From assembly GCA_027324805.1 (NCBI GenBank), contig DAHVRZ010000001.1, forward strand, positions 2,945 through 66,944: DNA of 64,000 nt. The letters are read 5' to 3'. The position numbers and the translations under genes are program-made. Shown piece by piece: positions 1 through 9,551 of this stretch (positions within the stretch are counted from its first letter, which is position 1; the number at the start of each line of letters is the position of its first letter). This stretch comes from Candidatus Parcubacteria bacterium (GTDB lineage Bacteria > Patescibacteriota > Minisyncoccia > UBA6257 > 2-01-FULL-56-20). The notes beneath the pieces were generated by a model that saw nothing but the letters and a program-made list of their open reading frames with translations, did no database searches and had not been told where the DNA came from.

Positions 1-1452
1 CTGCGCCGTTGCCGCGACGATCACATTCTGCCCTGCCGTGCCGCTGAAAGGAACGTTCTGCATCTGGCCCGCAAGCGTGGTGCTCACGGTCTGCATTGAA
101 TTCAGTGTTATGCCCGGATCGGTGACAAGCTGGGAATACGTGAACTGCACGGAGCCGCCTGCGCCACCCGTCCCGCCCCCTACGGAGGTCGTAAGATGCA
201 TAATATACGTTCCATTCTCCGGGAGAGTGCTCGTTACCATCATTGCGCCGGCGCCGGTCCATCCCGACCACAATATCGTCGAGCCGTCCGGTTCCACGAT
301 CGACCATGCCGATCCGTTGCCGCTCCAGAATACGCCAGACTGGTTCGATGCCGCGATGCTTACGTTATTGCCCGCCGTGCCGGTAAAGGTCACATTCGAT
401 GTCTGGCCGGGAAGCACGCTGTAACTCATGGGCGTATTAAGAGTCATTGAGGTCGTCGTCGGCGTGGTTAGGGTGAATGTCGCCGCCCCGACGCCGCTCG
501 GCATAGTGACATTGAATGTGTAAGTTCCCGTCGTCGGCGTGGTCGTCGCTACCGCGTACGGGCCGTATCCCGTGATGCTCGATGCAATCGTGTGGCCGCT
601 CGGATCAACGATGCTGATGGTCGCCCCGTTGCCGCTCCAATAGACGCCGCTCTCGTACGTTCCCGCGATCGTTACGGGGACGCCCGAAGTGCCGGCGAAG
701 GTGAGATTGATCGGCGTGCCGTTCGTACTCGAAACATTGATCGGTGTGCTGTACTGGATGCCGTACACGATAGGACCGCTCGAAGTGCCGCTCGCAACGT
801 TCGCGATCGATGCGCAGGACGGCGTACTCGATACGATATCGATCGGGAGCAGGTTGAGGGATGTCCCCTTCTCGTACATGTCGGCGTATTGGCCCCCGTC
901 CCCGGCGGGTTGGCTTTGGCTTCCGCCCGCGCCATACTTCTGCGATTCGAGCGCGGCGGTCAGCTCGTACTGCGTACCGTTCGTCTCATAGGTATAAAAA
1001 AGGCACGAAGATGCCGCGTCGGTGGGATCCACGGGAAGGCTCGGGAGTGGATTCCCCGAGGATATCTTCGAAAAATTGAGAGGTAACCATCCCGTGCCGT
1101 TCACGGCCGTTGCGGTGCTCGATGCCGGGCAGTGATATACCCATGGCGAAGGAAGAGCGACGAGGCTAAGCCCCTGACACTGATCCCCCGCGGTGGTGGT
1201 CGCCGTCGGGTCCGGCATGGATACATAGACGGTGTTCGCCGCGCCCAGCGAACCAAGGCCGTCCGCCTCGTATACGCTTACCGCGTTCGTAAGCGTATTA
1301 AGGTCGGACAGGCGGTTCGAATCCCTTCCCTGCTTCATAAGCTCGGAGGGATTGAGGACGAGCACCACGACGACCGCAAGGATCGCGATGATGGCGATCA
1401 CAATGAGAAGCTCAATAAGAGTAAAACCGCCGCCGCGGTGCTTGTGCTGCAT
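1..1452 (-). CDS. Type IV pilin-like adhesin with C-terminal beta-sandwich (PPC/Ig-like) repeats; runs off the window start
   Basis: Absent from the ORF track because it has no stop in the window. Manual translation from ATG at 1452 gives MQHKHRGGG|FTLIELLIVIAIIAILAVVVVLVLNP (class III signal), open to position 1. Repeated motifs FxGTxGxxVxIA and SGV(Y/F)WSGNG. Confidence 0.85.
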   Translation of the reverse strand, partial: MQHKHRGGGFTLIELLIVIAIIAILAVVVVLVLNPSELMKQGRDSNRLSDLNTLTNAVSVYEADGLGSLGAANTVYVSMPDPTATTTAGDQCQGLSLVALPSPWVYHCPASSTATAVNGTGWLPLNFSKISSGNPLPSLPVDPTDAASSCLFYTYETNGTQYELTAALESQKYGAGGSQSQPAGDGGQYADMYEKGTSLNLLPIDIVSSTPSCASIANVASGTSSGPIVYGIQYSTPINVSSTNGTPINLTFAGTSGVPVTIAGTYESGVYWSGNGATISIVDPSGHTIASSITGYGPYAVATTTPTTGTYTFNVTMPSGVGAATFTLTTPTTTSMTLNTPMSYSVLPGQTSNVTFTGTAGNNVSIAASNQSGVFWSGNGSAWSIVEPDGSTILWSGWTGAGAMMVTSTLPENGTYIMHLTTSVGGGTGGAGGSVQFTYSQLVTDPGITLNSMQTVSTTLAGQMQNVPFSGTAGQNVIVAATAQ

Positions 1453-1502
1453 TCCTTTAATTATAAGCGATACCTCTTTATTTTCTGATATACTGAGGGC
1501 AT

Positions 1503-3077
1503 ATGGCGAAAAAAGTCATGGTGCTCGTCGTGCTCGACGGATGGGGCATCGGCAGAAACGACGAATCGAATCCGATTTATGTGACGAAGCCGCAGACGTT
1601 CGCACATCTCGACGCGACCTACCCCGTAACGAGCCTGCAGGCTTCGGGTATTTCGGTCGGTCTGCCATGGGGCGAGGTCGGCAACAGCGAAGTGGGGCAT
1701 CTCACGCTCGGTGCCGGCAAGGTGCTCTATCAGTATTATCCGAAGATCACCATGGCGATCAGCGACGGATCGTTCTTCCAAAATAACGTACTGAAGGACG
1801 CCTGCGCCCACGCGCGCGCGACGGGCGGCGCAATCAATTTCGCCGGACTCCTTTCGAAAGGCAACGTTCATGCGTCGCTCGAGCATCTCCTTGCCCTTAT
1901 AAAAATGGCGAAGGGTGAGGGCGTGCCGCACATCAATCTCCATCTTTTCGCCGACGGCAAGGATGTTGCGCCGCACACGCTCGAGGGATATCTCCGCGAA
2001 CTGCCGAAGGAACATCTCGCCACGCTCATCGGACGCTATTATGCAATGGATCGCGAGGGTAACTGGTCGCTCACGGAGACCGCATACCAGCTCATGACCG
2101 GCATGGGCGGCATCGGCAAGCCTGCGGAGAACGCCGATGCGACGGCGATCATCGAGGAGAGCTGTAAGGGAGGGCAGACCGAAGAATATCTTCCGGCGAT
2201 ACGCTTCGTGGACGGCACCGGTGCCGGCGCCACGGACCACGGGCACGTAAAGGACGGCGACTCCCTCTTTTTTTTCAACTACCGCGAGGACAGCATCCAG
2301 CAGCTCGCATCCTCATTCATTCTCCCGGACTTCAATAAATTCACCGTCATGCCGTTCAGAGATCTGCACGTGGCGACGATGACGCATTACAATGACGCGT
2401 TCAACGTACCGGTCGCCTTCCCCGCCGATACCGTAGAGAACCCGCTCGGCAAAGTGCTCTCCGATGCCGGACTTACCCAACTCCGCCTTGCGGAGACGTA
2501 TAAATACGCGCACGTCACCTACTTCTTCAACGGCTACCGCGAGCCGCCCTATCCCGGAGAGTTCCGCACGCTCATTCCCTCCCTCACCGAGCTTCATCCG
2601 GAACAACATCCGGAGATGATGGCGGGTGCGATCACCGATCGGCTCATCGAGGCGATCCGCGACCGCGCGTTCGATTTCATTCTCGTGAACTATGCGAACG
2701 GCGACACCATCGCGCACACGGCCGACTATCAGGCATCGCTCGCAACGGTGAAAGTGATTGACCGCGAGATAGGACGCCTGCTCGCCGCCGTTGGCGACGA
2801 TCAGGACACGATCATCGCCATCACCTCGGACCACGGCCACATCGAATCGATGATTGACGAGGCGACCGGCCTTCCAAGAAGCCAGCATGCCCCGAATCCG
2901 GTCCCCTTCTATCTTGTCGCTCCCCAGATCAAGGGCCGGCGCTTCGTGAACGCCGATAATCTCACGCAAGAGATGCTCGGCTCTCTCGCCGACGTCGCTC
3001 CCACACTCCTCGCGCTCATGGGACGCCCCGCACCCGCCGACATGACGGGCCGCAGCATCCTGGACGGACTCATTTAG
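1503..3077 (+). CDS. gpmI: Cofactor-independent phosphoglycerate mutase, divergent paralog
   Basis: [35 protein letters not shown]; several substrate residues altered (see findings). Confidence 0.85.
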   Translation: MAKKVMVLVVLDGWGIGRNDESNPIYVTKPQTFAHLDATYPVTSLQASGISVGLPWGEVGNSEVGHLTLGAGKVLYQYYPKITMAISDGSFFQNNVLKDACAHARATGGAINFAGLLSKGNVHASLEHLLALIKMAKGEGVPHINLHLFADGKDVAPHTLEGYLRELPKEHLATLIGRYYAMDREGNWSLTETAYQLMTGMGGIGKPAENADATAIIEESCKGGQTEEYLPAIRFVDGTGAGATDHGHVKDGDSLFFFNYREDSIQQLASSFILPDFNKFTVMPFRDLHVATMTHYNDAFNVPVAFPADTVENPLGKVLSDAGLTQLRLAETYKYAHVTYFFNGYREPPYPGEFRTLIPSLTELHPEQHPEMMAGAITDRLIEAIRDRAFDFILVNYANGDTIAHTADYQASLATVKVIDREIGRLLAAVGDDQDTIIAITSDHGHIESMIDEATGLPRSQHAPNPVPFYLVAPQIKGRRFVNADNLTQEMLGSLADVAPTLLALMGRPAPADMTGRSILDGLI

Positions 3078-3105
3078 AAAATCCTTGCATGGGGATCACG
3101 CCGCG

Positions 3106-3138
3106 GCGCCGACACCCTTTTGGGTGCCGGCGCTTTTT
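3106..3138 (+). terminator. Intrinsic terminator
   Basis: GCGCCGACACCC-TTTT-GGGTGCCGGCGC hairpin followed by T-tract. Confidence 0.7.
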
Positions 3139-3166
3139 CTTTTCAAGGGTCTGCTATAATTGAAAT

Positions 3167-3538
3167 ATGCACTGGCTCGCACGGTTGGTCCTTATTATTT
3201 GCGGGAATGTCTTCGCGCTCTGGCTTGCGAACACCTACGTGCCCGGTTTCGTGCTCAATACCACGAACTGGATCGCGCTCGCACTCATTGCCTTCATCTT
3301 TATCGTCCTTAATTTCCTCCTGAAGCCGCTTCTTACGCTTGCGCTCGGCCCCATCATCATCATCACCCTCGGACTCGGGCTCATTGTCGTTAATATGCTC
3401 ATCCTCTGGCTCCTCCCGCTCGTGCTGAATTCAATTGACTTCCTTAGGGGAAGTATTATAATCCAAGACATTCCAGCGCTCTTCCTCGCAACCCTCATCG
3501 TGAGCGCCGTAAATTTTATCATCCACCTCGCAAACTGA
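3167..3538 (+). CDS. 4-TM phage-holin family (DUF360-like) membrane protein
   Basis: Hydrophobic; LNFLLKPLL and ITLGLGLIVVN family motifs. Confidence 0.8.
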   Translation: MHWLARLVLIICGNVFALWLANTYVPGFVLNTTNWIALALIAFIFIVLNFLLKPLLTLALGPIIIITLGLGLIVVNMLILWLLPLVLNSIDFLRGSIIIQDIPALFLATLIVSAVNFIIHLAN

Positions 3539-3539
3539 C

Positions 3540-3761
3540 ATGGTCATCGCCGTCATACAGATCATCCTTGCGGTCGCTATCATCGCGCTCATCCTCCTCC
3601 AGGAGCGCTCTTCCGGCATGTCCGGACTCCTCGGCGGAGGCGGCGACGGATATTACCAAACGCGCCGCGGGATGGAAAGATTTGTATTCTATTCGACAAT
3701 CGTCCTTTCCGTCGTGTTCGTCATTCTCGCGGTGTACCAGCTGTACGCCCAAGCTCACTAA
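3540..3761 (+). CDS. secG: Preprotein translocase subunit SecG
   Basis: Two TM helices; ILLQ...G(M)SGLLGG...TRRGME. Confidence 0.9.
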   Translation: MVIAVIQIILAVAIIALILLQERSSGMSGLLGGGGDGYYQTRRGMERFVFYSTIVLSVVFVILAVYQLYAQAH

Positions 3762-3764
3762 ATA

Positions 3765-5540
3765 ATGTGGTTTAAAAAACTCTTCGCTGCATTCACGGGA
3801 AGGGAGCGCATGGCGTTCATGATCGCAAGCGCCGGCGCCGTCGTCTCGCTCATCGTCGTCATGGGGATCGTTATCGCCCAGGTGACGGAATCCGTCCCTG
3901 CGGCGGGCGGGCAATATACGGAAGGTATCGTCGGCCAACCGGAGTATGTGAACCCGGTGCTCGCCTCGTCCCCCACCGATGAGGATATCGTGCGGCTCGT
4001 CTTCCAGAATCTTTACGATATAGCGGACAGCATCACAGCCTCGCCCGACATGCGGACATGGACGGTGCACATCAAAGACGGCCTCACATGGCAGGATGGG
4101 CAGAAACTGACCGCGGACGATATCGTCTTCACGGTGCAATCAATCCAGGACCCGGATGCCGGTTCCCCGCTCTATGCAAGCTGGCAGAACGTGCAGGTAA
4201 GCCGCGAAAGCGAGCTTGAGGTCCAGTTCACATTGAATGCGCCATACGCATTCTTCGGCAATAGCCTTAAAAACCTTTACATACTTCCCAAGCATCTTTT
4301 CGCCGATACGCCTCCCGGCAATTGGCACCTTTCCGACTATAACCTGAAGCCTGTCGGCAGCGGCGCATATCGCTTCGTCTCCTACAGCAAAGACTCCGAT
4401 GGCTTCATCACTTCGTATAACCTTACCGCATGGAAAGGTACGAGTGGCCCGCATCCGCTTGTCCAGAATTTCGCCTTCAGGTTCTTCAATAACGACAATG
4501 CGCTCGTTGCGGCATTCAATAATGGCCAGATTGACGGATTCGGCGACGTTTCGACCCAGGATATCGCCACGATTGATCGCCCGTATAACCTCTTCTCGTG
4601 GCGCACCTCAAGCGCCTATGCCGTGTTCTTCAATACAAGCAACAACATCGCCCTCCAGGATCCGGCGGTGCGCCAGGCGCTCTCTATTGCGATTGATCGG
4701 AACGACCTTGTTGCGCAGGTATTCAACCAAAACGCCGGAGGTGCGACATCCGCCGACCTTTCCGGTAACAGCACAGTCACAGGCACCTTCGGCGCCGTTC
4801 CTGATTATGGTCCGATCCCGCCCGGTGCCCCGTATTACGTCCCTTCCTCCAATGACGTATCCGCGGTATCGCTTTCCACCTCCACCGCCACCACTACTGC
4901 TTCCCCCACCCCCGAAACACCCTCCTCTGACGAAGCGACTGCCATGGGACTTCTCGACAACGCCGGCTGGACGGTGAGCTCGAGCACCGGCTTCCGCGCG
5001 AAAACCATTCACGGCAACACGATCCCGCTCGCCATCACCCTTACCGTTCCCGACATCCCATTCCTTACGAAAACCGCCGATTACCTCTCGAACGCGTGGC
5101 ACTCGATCGGCGTGCAGGTGAATATAACAACCGACTCGCCGAGCGATATTGCCGCAAACACGATCAAAAACCGCGACTACGAAGCGCTCCTCTTCGGCGA
5201 AACGCTTGGCCCAAGCTCCGACCTCTATTCGTTCTGGGATTCTTCCCAGCGGTTTTACCCGGGACTGAACCTCGCGATCTACGGAACTTCCCAGGTTGAT
5301 GCGAATATCGAGACAGCGCGTGCGGCGACAAGCACCGACCATACGGCGGCCGATCTCGCCGTGGCGCAACAGGATATCGAAAACGACTATCCGGCCGTGT
5401 TCCTTTATTCCCCGAACTACCTTTATGCGGCCGACAAAACACTCCAAGGCGTCACGACGAGCGACATGCTCTTCGATCCTGCAAACCGATTCCTGGATGT
5501 AGGCGGGTGGTATCTCAATACCTCGAGAGTGTTCAAGTAG
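3765..5540 (+). CDS. Family 5 (OppA/DppA-like) solute-binding protein with N-terminal membrane anchor
   Basis: YTEGIVGQP..NPVLA, WQDG..LTADDIVFT, PVGSGAY, VRQALS.AIDR. Confidence 0.85.
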   Translation: MWFKKLFAAFTGRERMAFMIASAGAVVSLIVVMGIVIAQVTESVPAAGGQYTEGIVGQPEYVNPVLASSPTDEDIVRLVFQNLYDIADSITASPDMRTWTVHIKDGLTWQDGQKLTADDIVFTVQSIQDPDAGSPLYASWQNVQVSRESELEVQFTLNAPYAFFGNSLKNLYILPKHLFADTPPGNWHLSDYNLKPVGSGAYRFVSYSKDSDGFITSYNLTAWKGTSGPHPLVQNFAFRFFNNDNALVAAFNNGQIDGFGDVSTQDIATIDRPYNLFSWRTSSAYAVFFNTSNNIALQDPAVRQALSIAIDRNDLVAQVFNQNAGGATSADLSGNSTVTGTFGAVPDYGPIPPGAPYYVPSSNDVSAVSLSTSTATTTASPTPETPSSDEATAMGLLDNAGWTVSSSTGFRAKTIHGNTIPLAITLTVPDIPFLTKTADYLSNAWHSIGVQVNITTDSPSDIAANTIKNRDYEALLFGETLGPSSDLYSFWDSSQRFYPGLNLAIYGTSQVDANIETARAATSTDHTAADLAVAQQDIENDYPAVFLYSPNYLYAADKTLQGVTTSDMLFDPANRFLDVGGWYLNTSRVFK

Positions 5541-5634
5541 GTTGCTGGATGTTTTTCGGGGACGGTGCGCGAATGTCTTGCGTGCCTAGACGCTCGACGC
5601 CTTCGTGTCTCCATGGCTCCCCTCAAAGTATCCA

Positions 5635-6825
5635 TCAACCCACTTCGCGTCTGCTTGACTCATTTCCGATTCCCATTGCGGCGAAAACGGCGAGAGCGGA
5701 TACGGCAATGAAGAACGCGAACACGAACGCATACGACGAGTCTATCGTCCAAAGCCATCCCGCAATCGCCGATGCAGGAAGGTACACGAGGCCCGTTGCA
5801 AAATTGTAAAGTCCGATAGCGCTGCCGCGCCGTTCGCGCTCAAGATCGGCAATGAACGCTTTGCTCTGCGCTTCATCGATGCTGTAAAAGATGCCGAAGG
5901 CGATGAAAAGCACTACAACCTCCCACTTCGCGTGCGCGAACACGAACCCCGCCGACATTACGGCGTACACGGCATAGCTCAGCATGATCACGGCCCGGCG
6001 GCCGATCCGGTCCCCAAGTGCGCCCATGGGAGCTGATGCAACCACGAACGCGGCGTTGAAGAGGGCGTAGAGGAGAACGACGTCGGCTATGGAAAATCCG
6101 ACGTTATATGCCTTGAGAAGGAGAAAGCTGAAACTGAAATACGCGAGCGAGAACATGCCCGCCGGAATGAGATAACGCTTGAAGCCCGGGTCAAGCGTCC
6201 TCCACGCTTTGAAAATGTTATCTCGCTCATGCGGAATTCCGTGCCGTCCTTTTATGGCAAGAAGTACGACCACCGCGACGGCGGCAACGACCGCCGCCGC
6301 AACAAAGAGCACTTTGAATGCGTGTTCACTTTGTCCCATCCAGGAAAGGAGCGCGAACGCAAGCAGCGGCCCTGCGACCGCACCGGTCTTGTCGAGCGCT
6401 TTATGCACGCCGAACGACCAGCCGCGATTCCCCTCTGCGGCGACGTCGGCAAGCCAAGCGTCGCGCGGAGGACCCCGAAAGCTCTTGCCTAAACGTTCGA
6501 CGACCCGGAAAAGCGCAAGCAGAGAAACGGTGTCCGCGACGGTCAGGAAGAATTTCGCGAGAGCTGAAAAGCCGTACCCGATAACGGCAAGGGACTTCCG
6601 GTCGCCGGTGCTGTCCGAGAGCCATCCGGAGATATAATCGAGCGACGATGCGGAAAAATCCGCCAATCCTTCAACCACGCCAAGGAGCGCAGCGGACGCT
6701 CCCGTTATCACCGTGAAAAAGACGGAGAACACGGAGAAGATCGCCTCGGAGCTCACGTCGGTGAGCAAGCTCACCGCTCCGAGCTTCACGACGTCCGGGT
6801 GGACGCCGAACAATGGCTTTTTCAT
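5635..6825 (-). CDS. MFS transporter
   Basis: About 12 hydrophobic segments; GWLSD, G..FRGPPRDA, LGDRIGRR. Confidence 0.9.
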   Translation of the reverse strand: MKKPLFGVHPDVVKLGAVSLLTDVSSEAIFSVFSVFFTVITGASAALLGVVEGLADFSASSLDYISGWLSDSTGDRKSLAVIGYGFSALAKFFLTVADTVSLLALFRVVERLGKSFRGPPRDAWLADVAAEGNRGWSFGVHKALDKTGAVAGPLLAFALLSWMGQSEHAFKVLFVAAAVVAAVAVVVLLAIKGRHGIPHERDNIFKAWRTLDPGFKRYLIPAGMFSLAYFSFSFLLLKAYNVGFSIADVVLLYALFNAAFVVASAPMGALGDRIGRRAVIMLSYAVYAVMSAGFVFAHAKWEVVVLFIAFGIFYSIDEAQSKAFIADLERERRGSAIGLYNFATGLVYLPASAIAGWLWTIDSSYAFVFAFFIAVSALAVFAAMGIGNESSRREVG

Positions 6826-6982
6826 GAGACTTTATTTATCCTTTATATGGTAACTCCGATGGCGATGTAGCGCATATACGGCGCAACGGCTCGTAGATTG
6901 ACTTTCTGCCGGCTCCCGTGCTATGATTGTCCCATCAGGATAGCTTCTCCTTCGTTTGATTGGTTTTTTTCGGCTTTGACGG

Positions 6983-7066
6983 GCTGGGATGGCGGAACTG
7001 GCAGACGCACTGGCTTCAGGTGCCAGCGATCGCAAGATCATAGGAGTTCGACTCTCCTTCCCAGCA
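6983..7066 (+). tRNA. tRNA-Leu(CAG), CCA not encoded
   Basis: GCTGGGA/TCCCAGC acceptor stem; CTGGC-TTCAGGT-GCCAG anticodon arm; long variable arm; GTTCGACTC T-arm. Confidence 0.95.
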
Positions 7067-7091
7067 CAAATCCACTGTTTTTATAAAATCA

Positions 7092-7493
7092 ATGTCCGAT
7101 TGCATCTTCTGTAAGATCGCAGCGCACGAGATCCCCGCCCATATCATATGGGAAAGCGACAGGTTCGTTGCGTTCGCCGACATACGACCCGTGAATCCAG
7201 GCCATCTTTTGATAATCCCCAAAGACCACGTCGAGGTCGTGTTCGCTATGGACGATGAGCGCTACGCCGAGGCGTTCGCCGCCGCAAAGACCCTTTCTGC
7301 ACCGCTCCGGCGCGCCACGGACGCGAAGCGGATCGGGATCGCCGTCGAAGGATTCGGGGTGGACCATGCCCATATCCATCTTATTCCCCTTCACGGACCG
7401 CACGAACTGAATCCCGACAGGGCACAGGCCGCGGATCCGAAAGACCTCGCGGAAATGGTGGAGAAGATAACATCGGAAATCAATAAAAATTAA
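7092..7493 (+). CDS. HIT family nucleotide hydrolase
   Basis: DCIFCKI, PGHLLIIPK, HAHIHLIP. Confidence 0.95.
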   Translation: MSDCIFCKIAAHEIPAHIIWESDRFVAFADIRPVNPGHLLIIPKDHVEVVFAMDDERYAEAFAAAKTLSAPLRRATDAKRIGIAVEGFGVDHAHIHLIPLHGPHELNPDRAQAADPKDLAEMVEKITSEINKN

Positions 7494-7509
7494 CCAAGAA
7501 TCACTATTC

Positions 7510-9522
7510 ATGACAATCAGAAAAAATGAACATCAGACCGACGGTGTGCCGAGGAACGAAGATCGCCCCCGCACCCGACCGACGCCGCCGCCGATAAGGC
7601 CGCGGCCCGCGCGCACCCCCCTGCCTCCGCGGCCTTCCAACCCGCATTCTGCGGGCGGTGGGCCGAGCGGGAATGGCCCGCGCCCCTCGAACCCGCGGAC
7701 CGCTACAGGCGGACCGCGCCGCGGCGGCCAACGCCCTCCTATGGGAGGCGGCAATCGCGGCAGCATGCCTCCGAGGCACTCGGAGTCTTCCGTCGCATCC
7801 CACCGCAACAAAATGGGACCTCATCCGATGGTCGCGCCGGACGCGCGCGCAAAGGCGGATCCCGACGCGGTGCGCCTCGTGCCGCTCGGCGGCCTCGAAG
7901 AGATCGGGCGCAACTGCTCGTTCCTCGAATATAAGAACGAGATCATCATTATTGATATGGGCCTGCAGTTCCCCGAAGAGGAAACGCCGGGCATTGATTA
8001 CATCATCCCAAACACGCAGTACCTCGAAAAACATAAAGACAAAATCCAGGGGATCATCCTCACCCACGGCCACTACGACCACATCGGCGCCCTGCCGCAC
8101 GTTCTCGCGCGGCTCGGCAATCCCCCGATCTATGCCACGTCAATCACGAACGCCATCATCGAGAAGCGCCAGGATGATTTCCCGAACGCACCCAAAATGA
8201 AAGTGCAGATCGTGAAAAGCGGCATGGAGCTCAAGCTCTCGCAGAACTTCACGGCGCTCTTCTTCGGCGTGCCGCATACGATCCCGGAGACGACGGGCGT
8301 GATGCTCAAAACCCCGATCGGCAACATTGTGCACTTCGCCGACTTCCGCCTCGACTACGACGATGAAGGCAATCCGCACGGGCTCGAAGAATTCGAGAAG
8401 CTCGGCAAGATGGGCGTCCATACCTTCATGGTGGACAGCACCGCCGCGGAACGTCCCGGACATTCGGTCTCGGAGAAGACGGTGGAGAAGAACCTTGAAG
8501 AGATCTTCCGCGCAGCGGAGGGCCGCATCGTCGTCGCCACGTTCGCGTCGCTCATCACGCGCATCGCGGAGATCATGAAGATCGCGGAAAAGCTCGGCCG
8601 CAAGGTGGCCCTCAATGGCTACTCAATGAAGACAAACATCCAGATCGCCCAGGGACTCGGCTTCGTGAAAGTGAGGCCCGACACCATGATCCCGATCGAG
8701 GAAGTGAACAAGCTTAAAGACAACAAGGTGATGATCCTTTCGACGGGCGCGCAGGGCGAATCGAATGCCGGCCTCATGAAAATCATCAACGGCGAGCATC
8801 GCCACGTGAAAATCAAGAAAGGCGACACATTTGTGCTCTCTTCATCGGTCATCCCGGGCAACGAGCGCAGCGTACAAACGGTGAAGGATAACCTCGCCCG
8901 CCAGGGCGCGATCGTCTTCCACTCGGCGCTCGTGGACATCCACTCGTCCGGACACGCACCGAAAGGCGACATCAAGCTCGTGATCGAACTTCTCAAGCCC
9001 AAGTTCCTCATGCCGGTGCACGGCTATTACTTCATGCGCTCCGCGAACGGGATCACCGCGCGCGAAGCCGGCGTCCTGCCGGACAATGTGCGCCTGATGG
9101 ATAACGGCCAAGTGGCCGAGCTCACCAAAGATTCGTTCACAATCACCAAAGAGGAAGTCCCCGCATACTACGTGATGGTGGATGGCATCGGCGTGGGCGA
9201 CGTGGAAGAGGTCGTACTCCGCGACCGGCGCACGCTCGCCGCCGAAGGCATGATCGTGATCATCCTCACGATGGACCGCGACAAGGGCCGGCTCATCAAG
9301 AACCCGGACATCATCTCGCGCGGCTTCATCTACCTCAAGGAGCATCAGGATATCCTCGACGAGATCCGCAAACGCATCCGCTCGCTCCTCCAGCGCATCC
9401 CGAACTATCGCGACGTTGAAGCGGATTACATCAAAACGCTCGTACGCGACCAGGTCGGACAGTACCTCTATACGAGGACGAAGCGCCGGCCGATGATATT
9501 GCCGGTGATCATCGAGATCTAG
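7510..9522 (+). CDS. rnj: Ribonuclease J with Pro/Arg/Gly-rich N-terminal extension
   Basis: PLGGLEEIGRN, THGHYDHIG, TGAQGE, HSSGH, PVHG. Confidence 0.95.
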   Translation: MTIRKNEHQTDGVPRNEDRPRTRPTPPPIRPRPARTPLPPRPSNPHSAGGGPSGNGPRPSNPRTATGGPRRGGQRPPMGGGNRGSMPPRHSESSVASHRNKMGPHPMVAPDARAKADPDAVRLVPLGGLEEIGRNCSFLEYKNEIIIIDMGLQFPEEETPGIDYIIPNTQYLEKHKDKIQGIILTHGHYDHIGALPHVLARLGNPPIYATSITNAIIEKRQDDFPNAPKMKVQIVKSGMELKLSQNFTALFFGVPHTIPETTGVMLKTPIGNIVHFADFRLDYDDEGNPHGLEEFEKLGKMGVHTFMVDSTAAERPGHSVSEKTVEKNLEEIFRAAEGRIVVATFASLITRIAEIMKIAEKLGRKVALNGYSMKTNIQIAQGLGFVKVRPDTMIPIEEVNKLKDNKVMILSTGAQGESNAGLMKIINGEHRHVKIKKGDTFVLSSSVIPGNERSVQTVKDNLARQGAIVFHSALVDIHSSGHAPKGDIKLVIELLKPKFLMPVHGYYFMRSANGITAREAGVLPDNVRLMDNGQVAELTKDSFTITKEEVPAYYVMVDGIGVGDVEEVVLRDRRTLAAEGMIVIILTMDRDKGRLIKNPDIISRGFIYLKEHQDILDEIRKRIRSLLQRIPNYRDVEADYIKTLVRDQVGQYLYTRTKRRPMILPVIIEI

Positions 9523-9551
9523 CAAAAACCGCCCCTACGGGGCGGTTTTTG
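9523..9551. terminator. Bidirectional terminator
   Basis: CAAAAACCGCCCC-TAC-GGGGCGGTTTTTG between convergent genes. Confidence 0.85.

Noticed and set aside
3167..3538. Holin-family gene and S24 repressor as signs of a prophage
   Set aside because: No phage structural, terminase or integrase genes are present, and both sit in housekeeping context.
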